DNA of 64,000 nucleotides, from the NCBI GenBank assembly GCA_964352085.1, contig CAYGPN010000007.1, forward strand, positions 27,725 through 91,724, written 5' to 3'. The notes below the pieces were generated by a model. That model did not search any database, was not told the DNA's origin, and saw nothing but the letters and a program-made list of their open reading frames with translations. Origin of the DNA: an uncultured Gammaproteobacteria bacterium. GTDB lineage: Bacteria; Cyanobacteriota; Vampirovibrionia; LMEP-6097; CAYGPN01. This document shows, piece after piece, positions 16,625-26,303 of the stretch. The translations under genes were made by a program, and so were the position numbers. The stretch's first letter is position 1; each line of letters opens with the position of its first letter.

Positions 16625-18499
16625 ATGGAATTGACTCATAATAGCTTGAATAACCCGGGGATAAGTCAGCAGGCAAATTCTGCTTCGAAGCATTTAGATT
16701 ACAGTAGAGTAAAAGAATTTTTAGAAAAAACAAAAGATAAGATCTCTAAAAATGAAAAAGTTATTTTTTATTGCATTGGCGCATCTTTGCATCATATACC
16801 TGTACCCGATACTTTTAAATACCCTAAGGCAAACCAAGGAGAATTTGACCTTAATTGGCAAGCAAAATATAAACCTTTTATCGAGAATCCAGTTTTTAAT
16901 AAAGCGGCTTCGCTTTGCTATAGTGGCGCTTTTGCTAGAGAGCTTTCTAAAATTCACCATCACGCGGAGTTAACAGAAATGGTTTCTGGTCTTAGGCTTG
17001 CTTCGCCAGTTACTAATTACCATAGTCTTTTAAGTAAACAGCTTGCTGATACTAAAATCATTGGTGACTTTACTTTTGCATATGTAGAAGCTAGAGCAAA
17101 TCATTTTTACCGTGAAAAATATCTTAGTAATAAAGCAATAGATCATTATTGGAGTGCAGAAGGTTTGATAAACATAGATCTTTTCGCTGATGTTTTAAAA
17201 GCCAATGAAACTCCAAAAGATGATTTGGTAGTTTTAGCGGTTCCTGCAAATGCTATTAAAGCCTTTTGTAATGAGAAGTTTGGTGTCTGGGAGGAAGTCG
17301 AGTGCGAGCAAGTGCCTTCTAGTTTTGCTAATGGAAAGCTCTATGAATACGATAAATATGGAAACCATAAAGCTGATTTGAAGCTTATTGAGCACCATCC
17401 AAAAAATCTTTATTCTCCTATCTATAAAATCAGATCTGGGGAGTATTGGATAATTGTTGTGCCGGTTAGTGAAAACGCTTATGGGAAATTCTCTAATTCT
17501 TTAGACAAAGGTGGTTTTACTAAAGCTGTGGAAAACAGACTGACAAAATCTGGAACCAAAGGCTTTATTGAAATTCAAGCTGATTATAATTTTGTTGAAG
17601 AGATCGTCAAATCTACTGAGCATGGTGAAAATATAGAGAAGGCTTTAAATTATGATTTGCCAGCCAATGGTATTATCTCCTGTTCGATTGGTGAAGCTGC
17701 TAGAACTAGTTTTGAGTTGATGGGTGGTTTTGACAATATTCCTGAAGCTCTCTTTTTCCAAGATGGAGGTAGCGCTTCTTCTGTAGCCACAGAAAAGAAT
17801 AGCGATGGCAGGCACCTTGGTGTTCATGATATGCACAAGATTTTAAAAAACGGCTGGCACAGCAGAGAAGATGTGGCTATTCCATGGCAGCTTATCGCTG
17901 GTGATCTTTTAGATAGCTCAAATGAGCACATCCTTGACGATGAAAATGTTTTTATCTTATCTCCAGAGATGGATAACACTAAATCCTTGAAAGAAAAGAA
18001 GGTGTTTTTAGAAGCTCCTCAAGAATGGAAGCCAATTGCCAACGATGTATTAAAACACTTTATTAAAGCAATTTATGCTGAATATACTATCCTTGCTACA
18101 CGCAAGTATCATATAAATATTCGTGACTCAGCTGAACTCGTTGCTAGCTATCTTGGTCTTGTTGCTATTTATGATAATAAGATTGATGCAAAGAATTTCA
18201 AAGAAGAACTTGCAAAATTAGAAGTGGCTGAAGAATTAGAAAAGTTTTTACAAATGCTTGGGCATATTCATTTCGCGGCTTGTTCATCTGCAGATTATTA
18301 CAGCGCTAAGACTCACCCTCACAGTATTATAAGGCTTCAGTGGCTAGCTAAAGCTCATAAAGAATTTAAATCAATCTCTCCTAATTTGGCTATGAAGTTT
18401 GAAGAAAAAATAAGAGAGATTTGCAAAGGTGAAGTGAGCTCAGAGTTCACGACTCTTGAAAACCTCTATTTTAGTGAACTGAATAAAATATCGGACTAA
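16625..18499 (+). CDS. hypothetical cytoplasmic protein (624 aa), co-directional with the MNIO operon
   Basis: Long clean ORF 42 bp after the DUF2063 gene. No signal peptide and no recognised domain. Confidence 0.5.
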   Translation: MELTHNSLNNPGISQQANSASKHLDYSRVKEFLEKTKDKISKNEKVIFYCIGASLHHIPVPDTFKYPKANQGEFDLNWQAKYKPFIENPVFNKAASLCYSGAFARELSKIHHHAELTEMVSGLRLASPVTNYHSLLSKQLADTKIIGDFTFAYVEARANHFYREKYLSNKAIDHYWSAEGLINIDLFADVLKANETPKDDLVVLAVPANAIKAFCNEKFGVWEEVECEQVPSSFANGKLYEYDKYGNHKADLKLIEHHPKNLYSPIYKIRSGEYWIIVVPVSENAYGKFSNSLDKGGFTKAVENRLTKSGTKGFIEIQADYNFVEEIVKSTEHGENIEKALNYDLPANGIISCSIGEAARTSFELMGGFDNIPEALFFQDGGSASSVATEKNSDGRHLGVHDMHKILKNGWHSREDVAIPWQLIAGDLLDSSNEHILDDENVFILSPEMDNTKSLKEKKVFLEAPQEWKPIANDVLKHFIKAIYAEYTILATRKYHINIRDSAELVASYLGLVAIYDNKIDAKNFKEELAKLEVAEELEKFLQMLGHIHFAACSSADYYSAKTHPHSIIRLQWLAKAHKEFKSISPNLAMKFEEKIREICKGEVSSEFTTLENLYFSELNKISD

Positions 18500-18897
18500 A
18501 CTTTTATATATCTTTCTTTGTAATCAATGAAAACAGAGAGGAACATAGCCTGTAAGCCGATCTTTAAGGACTGCATAAGCATGATAAAGTCAGCATCACT
18601 GTTGCTGAAATCCAGTGTTGAAATTAACTGTTTGCTTAAGCCAAGCATTTCGTCAATTGCAAGAAAAAAAACAAAAGTGCTAATGAAAGCCCATAATAAA
18701 TTAGCTTTAGCTTCGATTTTTTGTCTCAATTTGAAAATTTCCCAAGTACATGAAGCGATTATCATTAGCTTAAAAAAAGAATAGATGCTGATAAAGCCAC
18801 CATCCATAAAGCTGTTATCGGGTGTTAGTAATATTGCGTAAGCCAATGCAGTAGCATCAGCAAGCAAAAATATTATGATGACTTTCTTTGATGACAT
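18496..18897 (-). CDS. small hypothetical membrane protein (133 aa, 3-4 TM)
   Basis: Hydrophobic segments. Convergent with, and 4 bp overlapping, the 16625..18499 gene. Confidence 0.45.
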   Translation of the reverse strand: MSSKKVIIIFLLADATALAYAILLTPDNSFMDGGFISIYSFFKLMIIASCTWEIFKLRQKIEAKANLLWAFISTFVFFLAIDEMLGLSKQLISTLDFSNSDADFIMLMQSLKIGLQAMFLSVFIDYKERYIKV

Positions 18898-18928
18898 CTA
18901 TAACTATATTCTACTGTAAAAAAGTGGA

Positions 18929-19486
18929 TTAAAGACAAGGACCGTCATTTACTTTAATAGCACCAAAGCTATTCATGATGCACTCATTATTGAAGGTTAG
19001 ATTTTCTGGGCTTGATTCATCACCATTGCAAATTTTGTTTTTAGTTGATTCGCAGCCGTCAAAGTTTACAGTTGCACAGACTGGAGCAAATTCTGTTATG
19101 CAATTAGAACCATCTGGAAGCATTAGTTTCAATGCTTTGTTTTCAACATTATCTTTGTCTGAATCAAATGCAAATAAAGCAAAGATTTCATTTAAAGGCT
19201 CCCCAGTCTTAGATTTCTTCGTTCTTAGCTTGACTTTTGCGGTGCCATTTTTAACATTTGCTTTTTTATTAATTCTTCTAATTCTTGTTTGACCATTGGT
19301 TTTTACTCTTAGTCTTCTAATTCCAGGATCAATATTAGTAACTGTAATAATATTTTTAGCGCGAGCGGTGAGTATGATTGGTGCAAGACCATTAAAACTT
19401 ACAGTTTGTCTAACTTTTCGCAGCTTTGCTGAAGCTGGCATCAAAGAGAAAAGTGATAAAGCTAATATTAGAGTTTTAATTTTCAT
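18929..19486 (-). CDS. secreted Cys-rich protein with a possible Kazal-like C-terminal domain
   Basis: Signal peptide MKIKTLILALSLFSLMPASA. The C-terminal 50 aa carry six Cys (PVCATVNFDGCESTKNKICNGDESSPENLTFNNECIMNSFGAIKVNDGPC), loosely matching Kazal spacing. Confidence 0.4.
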   Translation of the reverse strand: MKIKTLILALSLFSLMPASAKLRKVRQTVSFNGLAPIILTARAKNIITVTNIDPGIRRLRVKTNGQTRIRRINKKANVKNGTAKVKLRTKKSKTGEPLNEIFALFAFDSDKDNVENKALKLMLPDGSNCITEFAPVCATVNFDGCESTKNKICNGDESSPENLTFNNECIMNSFGAIKVNDGPCL

Positions 19487-19592
19487 TCATTTTCCTTATT
19501 CTTCACAAGAAATCCGTATCAATATTTTAGCAAATTGAGCTTAGCTTTGCACTCAGGGCAGAAAAGCCTTATAAATAGCGGCTTTTAGTCGG

Positions 19593-20423
19593 CTAAAAGG
19601 GCTCAGAGCCTATATTTAAGATAACTACAAACTCGCCTAGAATCTTGGCTTCGTTTTTAAACTGATCGCGTAATTGAGATTTAACAGCTTCAAAGGAGCC
19701 AGTATAAAGCTCTTCAAATTTTTTGGTTAATTCTCTAGCTAAAAATACTTCTAAGTTAAGCTCACTAAAAATACTTTCTATATCATCTAGAGTTTTTAAT
19801 AAACGATGCGGGCTTTCATAAAATACTAAAGTCTCTGAAATCGGATCAGCTTTAGCTACTTTCTTTTCTTTTTTATAATCTGGGATATTATCTTCTATAA
19901 CTGCTTTTGCCGTAAGTTTTTCAAACAGTTTCTTAAGTACTCGCCTTCTATGCTGACCGCTACTAGGCAAGAAACCATGAAAACTAAATTGCTCTATTTC
20001 AAAAGGGCAAGCTGAAAGTGCTGTGGTGAGTGCGCTTGCTCCAGGAAGCGGCACTACTTTATGATCAGTTTCACTAAGTGCTTTTATAATCACAGAACCA
20101 GGATCAGAGATAAGGGGTGTGCCAGCGTCTGACACTAAAGCTAGGTCTTCGCCATTATCAAGAATTTTTAAAATCTCTTCTACGCGCTTTTCTTCATTAT
20201 GCTCATGATAGCTAATTAGTTTTTTGTTTTTAAGGTTTATCTTCACGGTTTCTGTGCTGTGATTGAAAGAATAACTAAAATCATGAAAATGATTTAAAAG
20301 TTTCTGGCTAGTGCGGGTATCTTCACAGAGAATCACATTAACGCCACTAAGAATATTTAGAGCTCTTAAGCTCATGTCTTCGAGGTTGCCTATTGGCGTG
20401 GGAACTATGTATAAATTCGCCAT
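19593..20423 (-). CDS. rsmI: 16S rRNA (cytidine1402-2'-O)-methyltransferase
   Basis: 276 aa. MANLYIVPTPIGNLEDMSLRALNILSGVNVILCEDTRTSQKLLNHF is the canonical RsmI N-terminus. Confidence 0.85.
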   Translation of the reverse strand: MANLYIVPTPIGNLEDMSLRALNILSGVNVILCEDTRTSQKLLNHFHDFSYSFNHSTETVKINLKNKKLISYHEHNEEKRVEEILKILDNGEDLALVSDAGTPLISDPGSVIIKALSETDHKVVPLPGASALTTALSACPFEIEQFSFHGFLPSSGQHRRRVLKKLFEKLTAKAVIEDNIPDYKKEKKVAKADPISETLVFYESPHRLLKTLDDIESIFSELNLEVFLARELTKKFEELYTGSFEAVKSQLRDQFKNEAKILGEFVVILNIGSEPF

Positions 20424-20440
20424 AAGAAGAAGTCTAACAG

Positions 20441-20476
20441 AAAAAAAAGAGCCCGCCGAAGCGAGCTCTTTAGCTT
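20441..20476 (-). terminator. intrinsic terminator downstream of icd
   Basis: On the minus strand: AAGAGC-tcgcttcggcgg-GCTCTT followed by a T8 run (aaaaaaaa on plus at 20441-20448). Confidence 0.45.
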
Positions 20477-20490
20477 AACTTTTAACTGAT

Positions 20491-21750
20491 TTAAACAGCA
20501 GCTGGAGCTTTCATATTATCTATGATTGCTTGACCAAACTCAGAGCACTTAAGAAGCTTAGCTCCTTCCATTTGACGCTCGAAGTCATAAGTAACAGTTT
20601 TGTTACTTATTGCTGTTTCCATACCTTGCTCAATTAACTTAGCTGCTTCATCCCAGCCCATGAACTCAAGCATGATTACACCAGAAAGAATAACTGAACC
20701 AGGGTTTACTTTATCCTGACCAGCATACTTAGGAGCTGTTCCGTGAGTAGCCTCGAAGATCGCTTGGTTCGCACCAATATTTGCTCCAGGAGCGATTCCT
20801 AAACCACCAACTTGAGCCGCTGCAGCATCAGAAAGGTAATCACCATTAAGGTTCATAGTAGCTAGTACTTCGTACTCATCAGGTCTTAGAAGAAGTTGTT
20901 GGAAAATACTGTCAGCGATTCTATCACCGATAACTATTTTATCTCCAGGATCTTTACCATCCCAAACTTCTTGCTCAGCAATTACTTCATTAGGGAAAGC
21001 TTCTTTAGCAATCTCGTAACCCCAGTCTCTAAAAGAGCCTTCGGTGTACTTCATGATATTACCTTTATGAACTAAGCAAACTTTTTTGCGACCTTTTTTA
21101 ATCGCGTACTCGATAGCTGCTTTAACTAATCTTTTAGAGCCTTTAGCAGTGATTGGTTTGATACCAATACCAGCAAGTTCAGAAAGTTGTTTTTCAGGGT
21201 TGAGTTTATTAACTGCAGTAATTACCGCTTTAGCTTCAGCGCTACCTGACTCGTAGTCAAATCCAGCGTAAACATCTTCAGTATTTTCACGGAAAAGACA
21301 GATGTCTAATTTCTCTGGGTGCTTCATTGGGCTTGGAACGCCGTTGTACCACTTAACAGGGCGAACGCAAGAGTAAAGATCAAAGATTTGACGAAGCGCA
21401 ACATTAAGACTTCTAATCCCGCCACCAATTGGTGTAGTAAGTGGTCCTTTAATAGCTATTGAATATTCTTTTATAAGGTCTAAAGTTTCTTGCGGAAGCC
21501 ATTCGCCAGTTTTGTCTTTTGCTTTTTCGCCAGCAAGAATTTCTTTCCAGTCGATTTTACGTTTGCCGCCGTATGCTTTTTCTACCGCCGCATCAAAAAC
21601 TGCTTGGGATGCTTTCCAAATATCTGGTCCGATGCCATCACCTTCTATAAATAAAACCGTAGGGTTATCAGGGACATTTGCTTTACCATTTTCAATTATT
21701 ACTTTTTCAGCCATAAATTCAATGATAGACTTAAAGCTTAGAGATTTCAA
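20491..21750 (-). CDS. icd: NADP-dependent isocitrate dehydrogenase
   Basis: 419 aa with strong homology over the full length (GDGIGPDIW..., [10 protein letters not shown]...). The real start is possibly the internal Met MAEK. Confidence 0.9.
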   Translation of the reverse strand: MKSLSFKSIIEFMAEKVIIENGKANVPDNPTVLFIEGDGIGPDIWKASQAVFDAAVEKAYGGKRKIDWKEILAGEKAKDKTGEWLPQETLDLIKEYSIAIKGPLTTPIGGGIRSLNVALRQIFDLYSCVRPVKWYNGVPSPMKHPEKLDICLFRENTEDVYAGFDYESGSAEAKAVITAVNKLNPEKQLSELAGIGIKPITAKGSKRLVKAAIEYAIKKGRKKVCLVHKGNIMKYTEGSFRDWGYEIAKEAFPNEVIAEQEVWDGKDPGDKIVIGDRIADSIFQQLLLRPDEYEVLATMNLNGDYLSDAAAAQVGGLGIAPGANIGANQAIFEATHGTAPKYAGQDKVNPGSVILSGVIMLEFMGWDEAAKLIEQGMETAISNKTVTYDFERQMEGAKLLKCSEFGQAIIDNMKAPAAV

Positions 21751-21795
21751 CAGTTAAACAAGTCTTTAGTAATTATCTAATAATTTAAGCAAGCA

Positions 21796-22593
21796 ATGTC
21801 AAAGCCAATCGTAATTAAAATAGGTACTAGCACCCTTACGGGACGCAATCCTGGCGAGCCTATTAACATTGAGCTTGTAAATAAGCTTGCTAAGACGATT
21901 TGTGATTTTGAAAAGCAATATAAAAGAAAGTGTATTTTAGTTAGCTCTGGAGCTATGGGCCTTGGTATCGCGAAGCTAGGTCTTCAAGATAAGCTAGATG
22001 TCTATAAAGGGAAGCTAGATATGAAAGCTTCTATCACTGCTATTGGACAAGTGCAGCTGATGAACGTTTATGAGGGCGCTTTTCTGCATCAATGTAAAAA
22101 ACATGTTGGGCAGATACTTATAACCGATCACGCACTTAAAGAGCCTGGTAGGCAAAAGCGCGTTAAAAAAACTATCGAAAATCTTTTTGAATTAGATGTG
22201 CTTCCTATTTTTAACGAGAACGACACTGTTTGTCCTGATGAAATAGAGTACGGTGATAATGATAAACTCTCTGCTCACGTAGCAGTGCTAGCTGGCGCAG
22301 AGCGTTTGATAATTCTTACTGACACAGATGGTCTTTTTGATGCTGATCCACACTCTAATCCTGAGGCTAAACTCATAGAAAATATTTCTGAAATAACTGA
22401 AGATATAAAATCTATTGCTGGTGATAGCAGCACGCATGGCGGGCTAGGCGGCATGAAAACTAAAGTCCATGCAGCGGAGATTTGCATGCAAAATGGCATC
22501 GTCATGAATATTATTAATAAAGAACGCGTTGAAGAAATCTCTAACTTCGTTAATGGAAAAGAAAAGCCTAGAGGGACTGAGTTTAAGGCTTAA
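21796..22593 (+). CDS. proB: glutamate 5-kinase (short form without a PUA domain)
   Basis: 265 aa, amino-acid kinase family. IVIKIGTS...LVSSGA.GLG..KLGL matches ProB. Confidence 0.75.
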   Translation: MSKPIVIKIGTSTLTGRNPGEPINIELVNKLAKTICDFEKQYKRKCILVSSGAMGLGIAKLGLQDKLDVYKGKLDMKASITAIGQVQLMNVYEGAFLHQCKKHVGQILITDHALKEPGRQKRVKKTIENLFELDVLPIFNENDTVCPDEIEYGDNDKLSAHVAVLAGAERLIILTDTDGLFDADPHSNPEAKLIENISEITEDIKSIAGDSSTHGGLGGMKTKVHAAEICMQNGIVMNIINKERVEEISNFVNGKEKPRGTEFKA

Positions 22594-23867
22594 TTACTTA
22601 GCTGCACTGAATACGGTCCTGTATGACTGTTTCCACTGTAAGTGGACCTTCCTACTTGTAAGTAAAAAATTAAATCTGGATCTTGGAAATCAAAAATAGG
22701 CAGGTTGATATTATTATCACTTAAAATACCTCCGTTGTGGAAGGTTAACTTCTGGATAAAGAAACCACCAAGACCTGGGATTTTATAATTAACGCTAACG
22801 TCGTTTATTATTTTACTAGTAAATTTCAAGTTGTAATTACCAGGAGCGAGTTTCCCTATTCGAAAGTAATCTGTGTCTCCGGGATAGTCAATATCTCCAG
22901 TTTTCATGCTTCCATTTAACTCAAGCTCACTAGCATTAGCTGTACCGTTTCCTCTACCATCAGGTTCTCGAACTACAAGTCTAAAAACCCCAGGAGTATT
23001 TAAGTTAACAGAAAGTTTAATAGTGTAAGTGCCAGGGGTTAAGAACCTGTTTATCTTTCGAAGAGTTCCAGAAGAAAAGCCATCATGGTCAATAACATTT
23101 TTTGAAGTTGCTATTTCATTTTCAGAAGAGTCAAAAAGTCTCATGGTTAAGTTTGCAAATCTTTTAATTATGATATTTCCACTTTCATCAAAGCTTGTAT
23201 CAGGATCATTTTGCAATAATTCGATTGCGTAGAAATCTTCTTTATCTTTCCCGATGGTAAATTTAAAGCAAGCTATATCATCTGGAGAGTCTAAAGTCTC
23301 TTCGACTACTTTACCTATAGGGATTGCTCTAATACCATCATCACCTGGACTCCCATCCCCGCCGGGGTTCTCGTCACCATCAGGATTCTCTTCAGGCTCA
23401 TCACCTTTTAAAGCTTCTTTACTAAAAAGAGTAATTTTAAAATCATAAGCTTGAGGTGGCACGAACTTTCTACCAAACTTTTTAGAAGATCTTAAATGAT
23501 AAACACCTCTTTTTTTAAGCTTCACTACTATGTTGTTATCCGCATCTCTTTTTTTAGCAAGCCTTTTTCTTCCTTTGTAAAATTTAATAAAAGCAGGGCT
23601 AGTACTTTCTAAATGAAGCTCCATATTATTCTCTGGAACTAAGAATTCAAAAAAATCTTTATCTCTTCTATGATCAAGAGTACTTTCGCCTGATGCTGTC
23701 AGATTACCGTCTTCGTTTTCACTAAGCTCAAGTTTAGTAGCGTTTTTTCTATTGTTGCCAACAAGATCGACAGTACTTGGATCTTCAACAGCTAAAGCTG
23801 GTAAAAGGCTGCTAGCCACTAAAATTGTGATTGCAATGATCTGATAAAGTCTATTTCTAAAGTTCAT
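22590..23867 (-). CDS. secreted protein with two PPC (pre-peptidase C-terminal)-like domains
   Basis: 425 aa. Signal peptide MNFRNRLYQIIAITILVASSLLPALA. DxDxFxF signatures (HRRDKDFFEF, GDTDYFRI) and a Gly/Asp/Pro-rich linker. Confidence 0.55.
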   Translation of the reverse strand: MNFRNRLYQIIAITILVASSLLPALAVEDPSTVDLVGNNRKNATKLELSENEDGNLTASGESTLDHRRDKDFFEFLVPENNMELHLESTSPAFIKFYKGRKRLAKKRDADNNIVVKLKKRGVYHLRSSKKFGRKFVPPQAYDFKITLFSKEALKGDEPEENPDGDENPGGDGSPGDDGIRAIPIGKVVEETLDSPDDIACFKFTIGKDKEDFYAIELLQNDPDTSFDESGNIIIKRFANLTMRLFDSSENEIATSKNVIDHDGFSSGTLRKINRFLTPGTYTIKLSVNLNTPGVFRLVVREPDGRGNGTANASELELNGSMKTGDIDYPGDTDYFRIGKLAPGNYNLKFTSKIINDVSVNYKIPGLGGFFIQKLTFHNGGILSDNNINLPIFDFQDPDLIFYLQVGRSTYSGNSHTGPYSVQLSN

Positions 23868-23962
23868 ATGGGCTCCCCTTGCTTGATAGAACTAATCTTA
23901 GAATATAGCTGTACTAAAAGTCAAATAATTGGCTAAATACTAGGGGAAACCCTGATGTTTTC

Positions 23963-24099
23963 TTGGATTGCTTCGCTGTCATCACGAGGAGCGTGGCGAC
24001 GTGGTGATCCAAGGATTGCTTCGCTATGCTCGCAATGACAATCGTCAGCTCGCAATGACAATCGTCAGCTCGCAATGACAATCGTCAGCTCGCAATGAC
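23963..24099 (+). repeat. dispersed intergenic repeat element, copy A (GGATTGCTTCGC ... CGCAATGAC family) with 3.5 x 20-bp tandem units
   Basis: ggattgcttcgc + tgtcatcacgaggagcgtggcgacgtggtgatccaa + ggattgcttcgc + (tcgcaatgacaatcgtcagc) x 3.5. It ends at the glnA stop codon. Confidence 0.85.
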
Positions 24100-25458
24100 T
24101 TAGTAAGCGTGAAGATAACTATCTAGTTCCCACTTGCTAACAGCAGCTCGGTAGTCTTGATATTCTCTATGCTTCGTTTCGATGTAGTGCTTAAAGATAT
24201 GCTCGCCTAGAGCTTCTTTAACGATCTTAGATTTTTCCATCTTCTGAAGTGCTTCATTTAAACTTGCTGGAAGAGAGTTAATTTCTCTTTGCTCTAAAGT
24301 TTTCATTTCTAGTTTGTAGATGTTTTCATTAACTTCTTTAGGTGGAGTAATTTTATTTTTAATTCCATCTAAACCAGCTTCTAAAATTACAGCAAAAGCT
24401 AGGTAAGGATTACAGCTAGGGTCTGGAGATCTTAACTCCATGCGAGTACCAATGCCTCTTGTAGCTGGAACTCTCACTAAAGCAGATCTGTTCATTCTTG
24501 ACCAAGCAATATAAACAGGCGCTTCATATCCAGGCACAAGTCTTTTGTAACTGTTTACGATCGGGTTAGTTACAGCACAGAATTCTCTAACGTGTTTTAA
24601 AACACCACCGATGAAGTACATCATAGTTTCAGAAAGACCATCTTCAGCATTCTCATCAAAGAAAACATTATTTCCTTCTAGATCAAAAAGCGACATATTG
24701 CAGTGCATACCATTACCATTGATTCCAGCAATTGGTTTTGGCATGAATGTTGCGTATAAATTAAAAGCATGAGCTATGGCTTTAGTTGCCCATTTGAAAG
24801 TTAGAACATTGTCAGCAGTTTTTAAACACTCTTCGTATTTAAAATCAATCTCGTGTTGAGACTGCGCAACTTCGTGGTGACTAGCTTCGATATGAAAACC
24901 CATATCTTCAAGTGTGTAAACCACCGCTCTTCTAACATCTGCGCCCTCATCAGTAGGCTCAACATCGTAGTAACCACCCTCGTCAATTGTATTTGTAGTA
25001 GGTTTGCCATGCTCGTCGTACTCGAATAAGAAAAATTCAGCCTCAGGACCGACGTTACATTCGTAACCCATTTCAGCAGTTTTTTTAAGAAGACGCTTTA
25101 AATTGTTACGAGGACATCCTTCAAATGGCGTGCCATCAGGGTTATAAATATCACAGATAAGTCTTGCTACAGCACCTTCTTTTGGTCTCCAAGGAAGGAT
25201 TTGAAAAGTACTAAGGTCTGGGTGAAAGTACATATCAGAAGTTTCAATACTTCTAAATCCGCGAATTGAAGAACCATCAAGCATCATTTTGTTATCAAGT
25301 GCTTTTTCAATTTGCTCAACAGGAATAGCCATATTTTTCACGTGACCATGTATGTCGCAAAATTGTAGTCTTATAAATTTCACGTCGTTAGCTTTTGCTA
25401 TGCGTATAATTTCTTCTTTAGTCAGTTTTTCCTTGCTCATAAAGGAATATAATATCAT
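24100..25458 (-). CDS. glnA: glutamine synthetase type I
   Basis: 452 aa with GSI signature regions (e.g. KPIAGINGNGMHCNMSLF). Confidence 0.9.
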   Translation of the reverse strand: MILYSFMSKEKLTKEEIIRIAKANDVKFIRLQFCDIHGHVKNMAIPVEQIEKALDNKMMLDGSSIRGFRSIETSDMYFHPDLSTFQILPWRPKEGAVARLICDIYNPDGTPFEGCPRNNLKRLLKKTAEMGYECNVGPEAEFFLFEYDEHGKPTTNTIDEGGYYDVEPTDEGADVRRAVVYTLEDMGFHIEASHHEVAQSQHEIDFKYEECLKTADNVLTFKWATKAIAHAFNLYATFMPKPIAGINGNGMHCNMSLFDLEGNNVFFDENAEDGLSETMMYFIGGVLKHVREFCAVTNPIVNSYKRLVPGYEAPVYIAWSRMNRSALVRVPATRGIGTRMELRSPDPSCNPYLAFAVILEAGLDGIKNKITPPKEVNENIYKLEMKTLEQREINSLPASLNEALQKMEKSKIVKEALGEHIFKHYIETKHREYQDYRAAVSKWELDSYLHAY

Positions 25459-25532
25459 TCACAATACAGTTTTTATTTACTAATTTATTTGTATGGCTAA
25501 TTACTTAATAGATAATTGGATATACTTATATT

Positions 25533-26303
25533 GTGATTACGAAGCGGATCATTCCATGTTTAGATGTCGACAAAGGTCGTGTGGTTAAAGGCACCCAATT
25601 TGTTGATATAAAAGATGCCGGCGATCCTGTTGAGCTAGCAAAACATTATTACGAGGCTGGAGCTGATGAGATTTGTTTTCTCGATATCACAGCGACTCAT
25701 GAAGGCAGAAGTGCGACTCATGAAATTATAAGAAAAACAGCAAAGCAAGTTTTTATTCCACTTACAGTTGGTGGTGGTGTTAATTCTGTTGATGATGCAA
25801 AAGCACTTTTAGATGCTGGCGCTGATAAAGTGGCTATGAATTCTGGTGCTGTTAAAAACCCGCAGCTTATAAAAGACTGCGCTGAAAGGTTTGGATCTCA
25901 GTGCGTGGTGCTTGCAGTTGATGTGAAAAGAAATGCTGCCAAAGAAGATGAATACAGTTGGCAAGTCTATGTTCGTGGCGGGCGCGAGAATACAGGGCTT
26001 GATGCTATTGAGTGGGTTAAAAAAGCTTACGAGCTTGGTGCGGGTGAAATCCTGCTTACAAGTATGGATAAAGATGGCTCAAAAGATGGTTATGATATAG
26101 AACTTACTAAAAAAATCTGCGAGTCAGTAAATATTCCTGTGATAGCTAGTGGCGGAGCTGGAAGCTCAGAGCATATTGTTGATGCTTTTAAAGCTGGCGC
26201 TGATGCAGCATTGCTCGCTTCTCTGCTGCATTATAAAGAGTTGACTATTGATGAAATTAAAAAAGTGATGATGGAAAATAAAATTGCTACGCGATTAGCT
26301 TAG
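25533..26303 (+). CDS. hisF: imidazole glycerol phosphate synthase cyclase subunit
   Basis: 256 aa with a GTG start. RIIPCLDV...TVGGG...DGYD matches HisF. Confidence 0.9.
   Translation: MITKRIIPCLDVDKGRVVKGTQFVDIKDAGDPVELAKHYYEAGADEICFLDITATHEGRSATHEIIRKTAKQVFIPLTVGGGVNSVDDAKALLDAGADKVAMNSGAVKNPQLIKDCAERFGSQCVVLAVDVKRNAAKEDEYSWQVYVRGGRENTGLDAIEWVKKAYELGAGEILLTSMDKDGSKDGYDIELTKKICESVNIPVIASGGAGSSEHIVDAFKAGADAALLASLLHYKELTIDEIKKVMMENKIATRLA

Noticed and set aside
23963-24099. Considered whether the tandem 18-21 bp arrays could be a degenerate CRISPR array.
   Set aside because: Units are 18-32 bp in total with only 8-11 nt variable parts, and there is no leader and no cas genes. They are tandem amplifications of a dispersed hairpin repeat, not repeat-spacer arrays.
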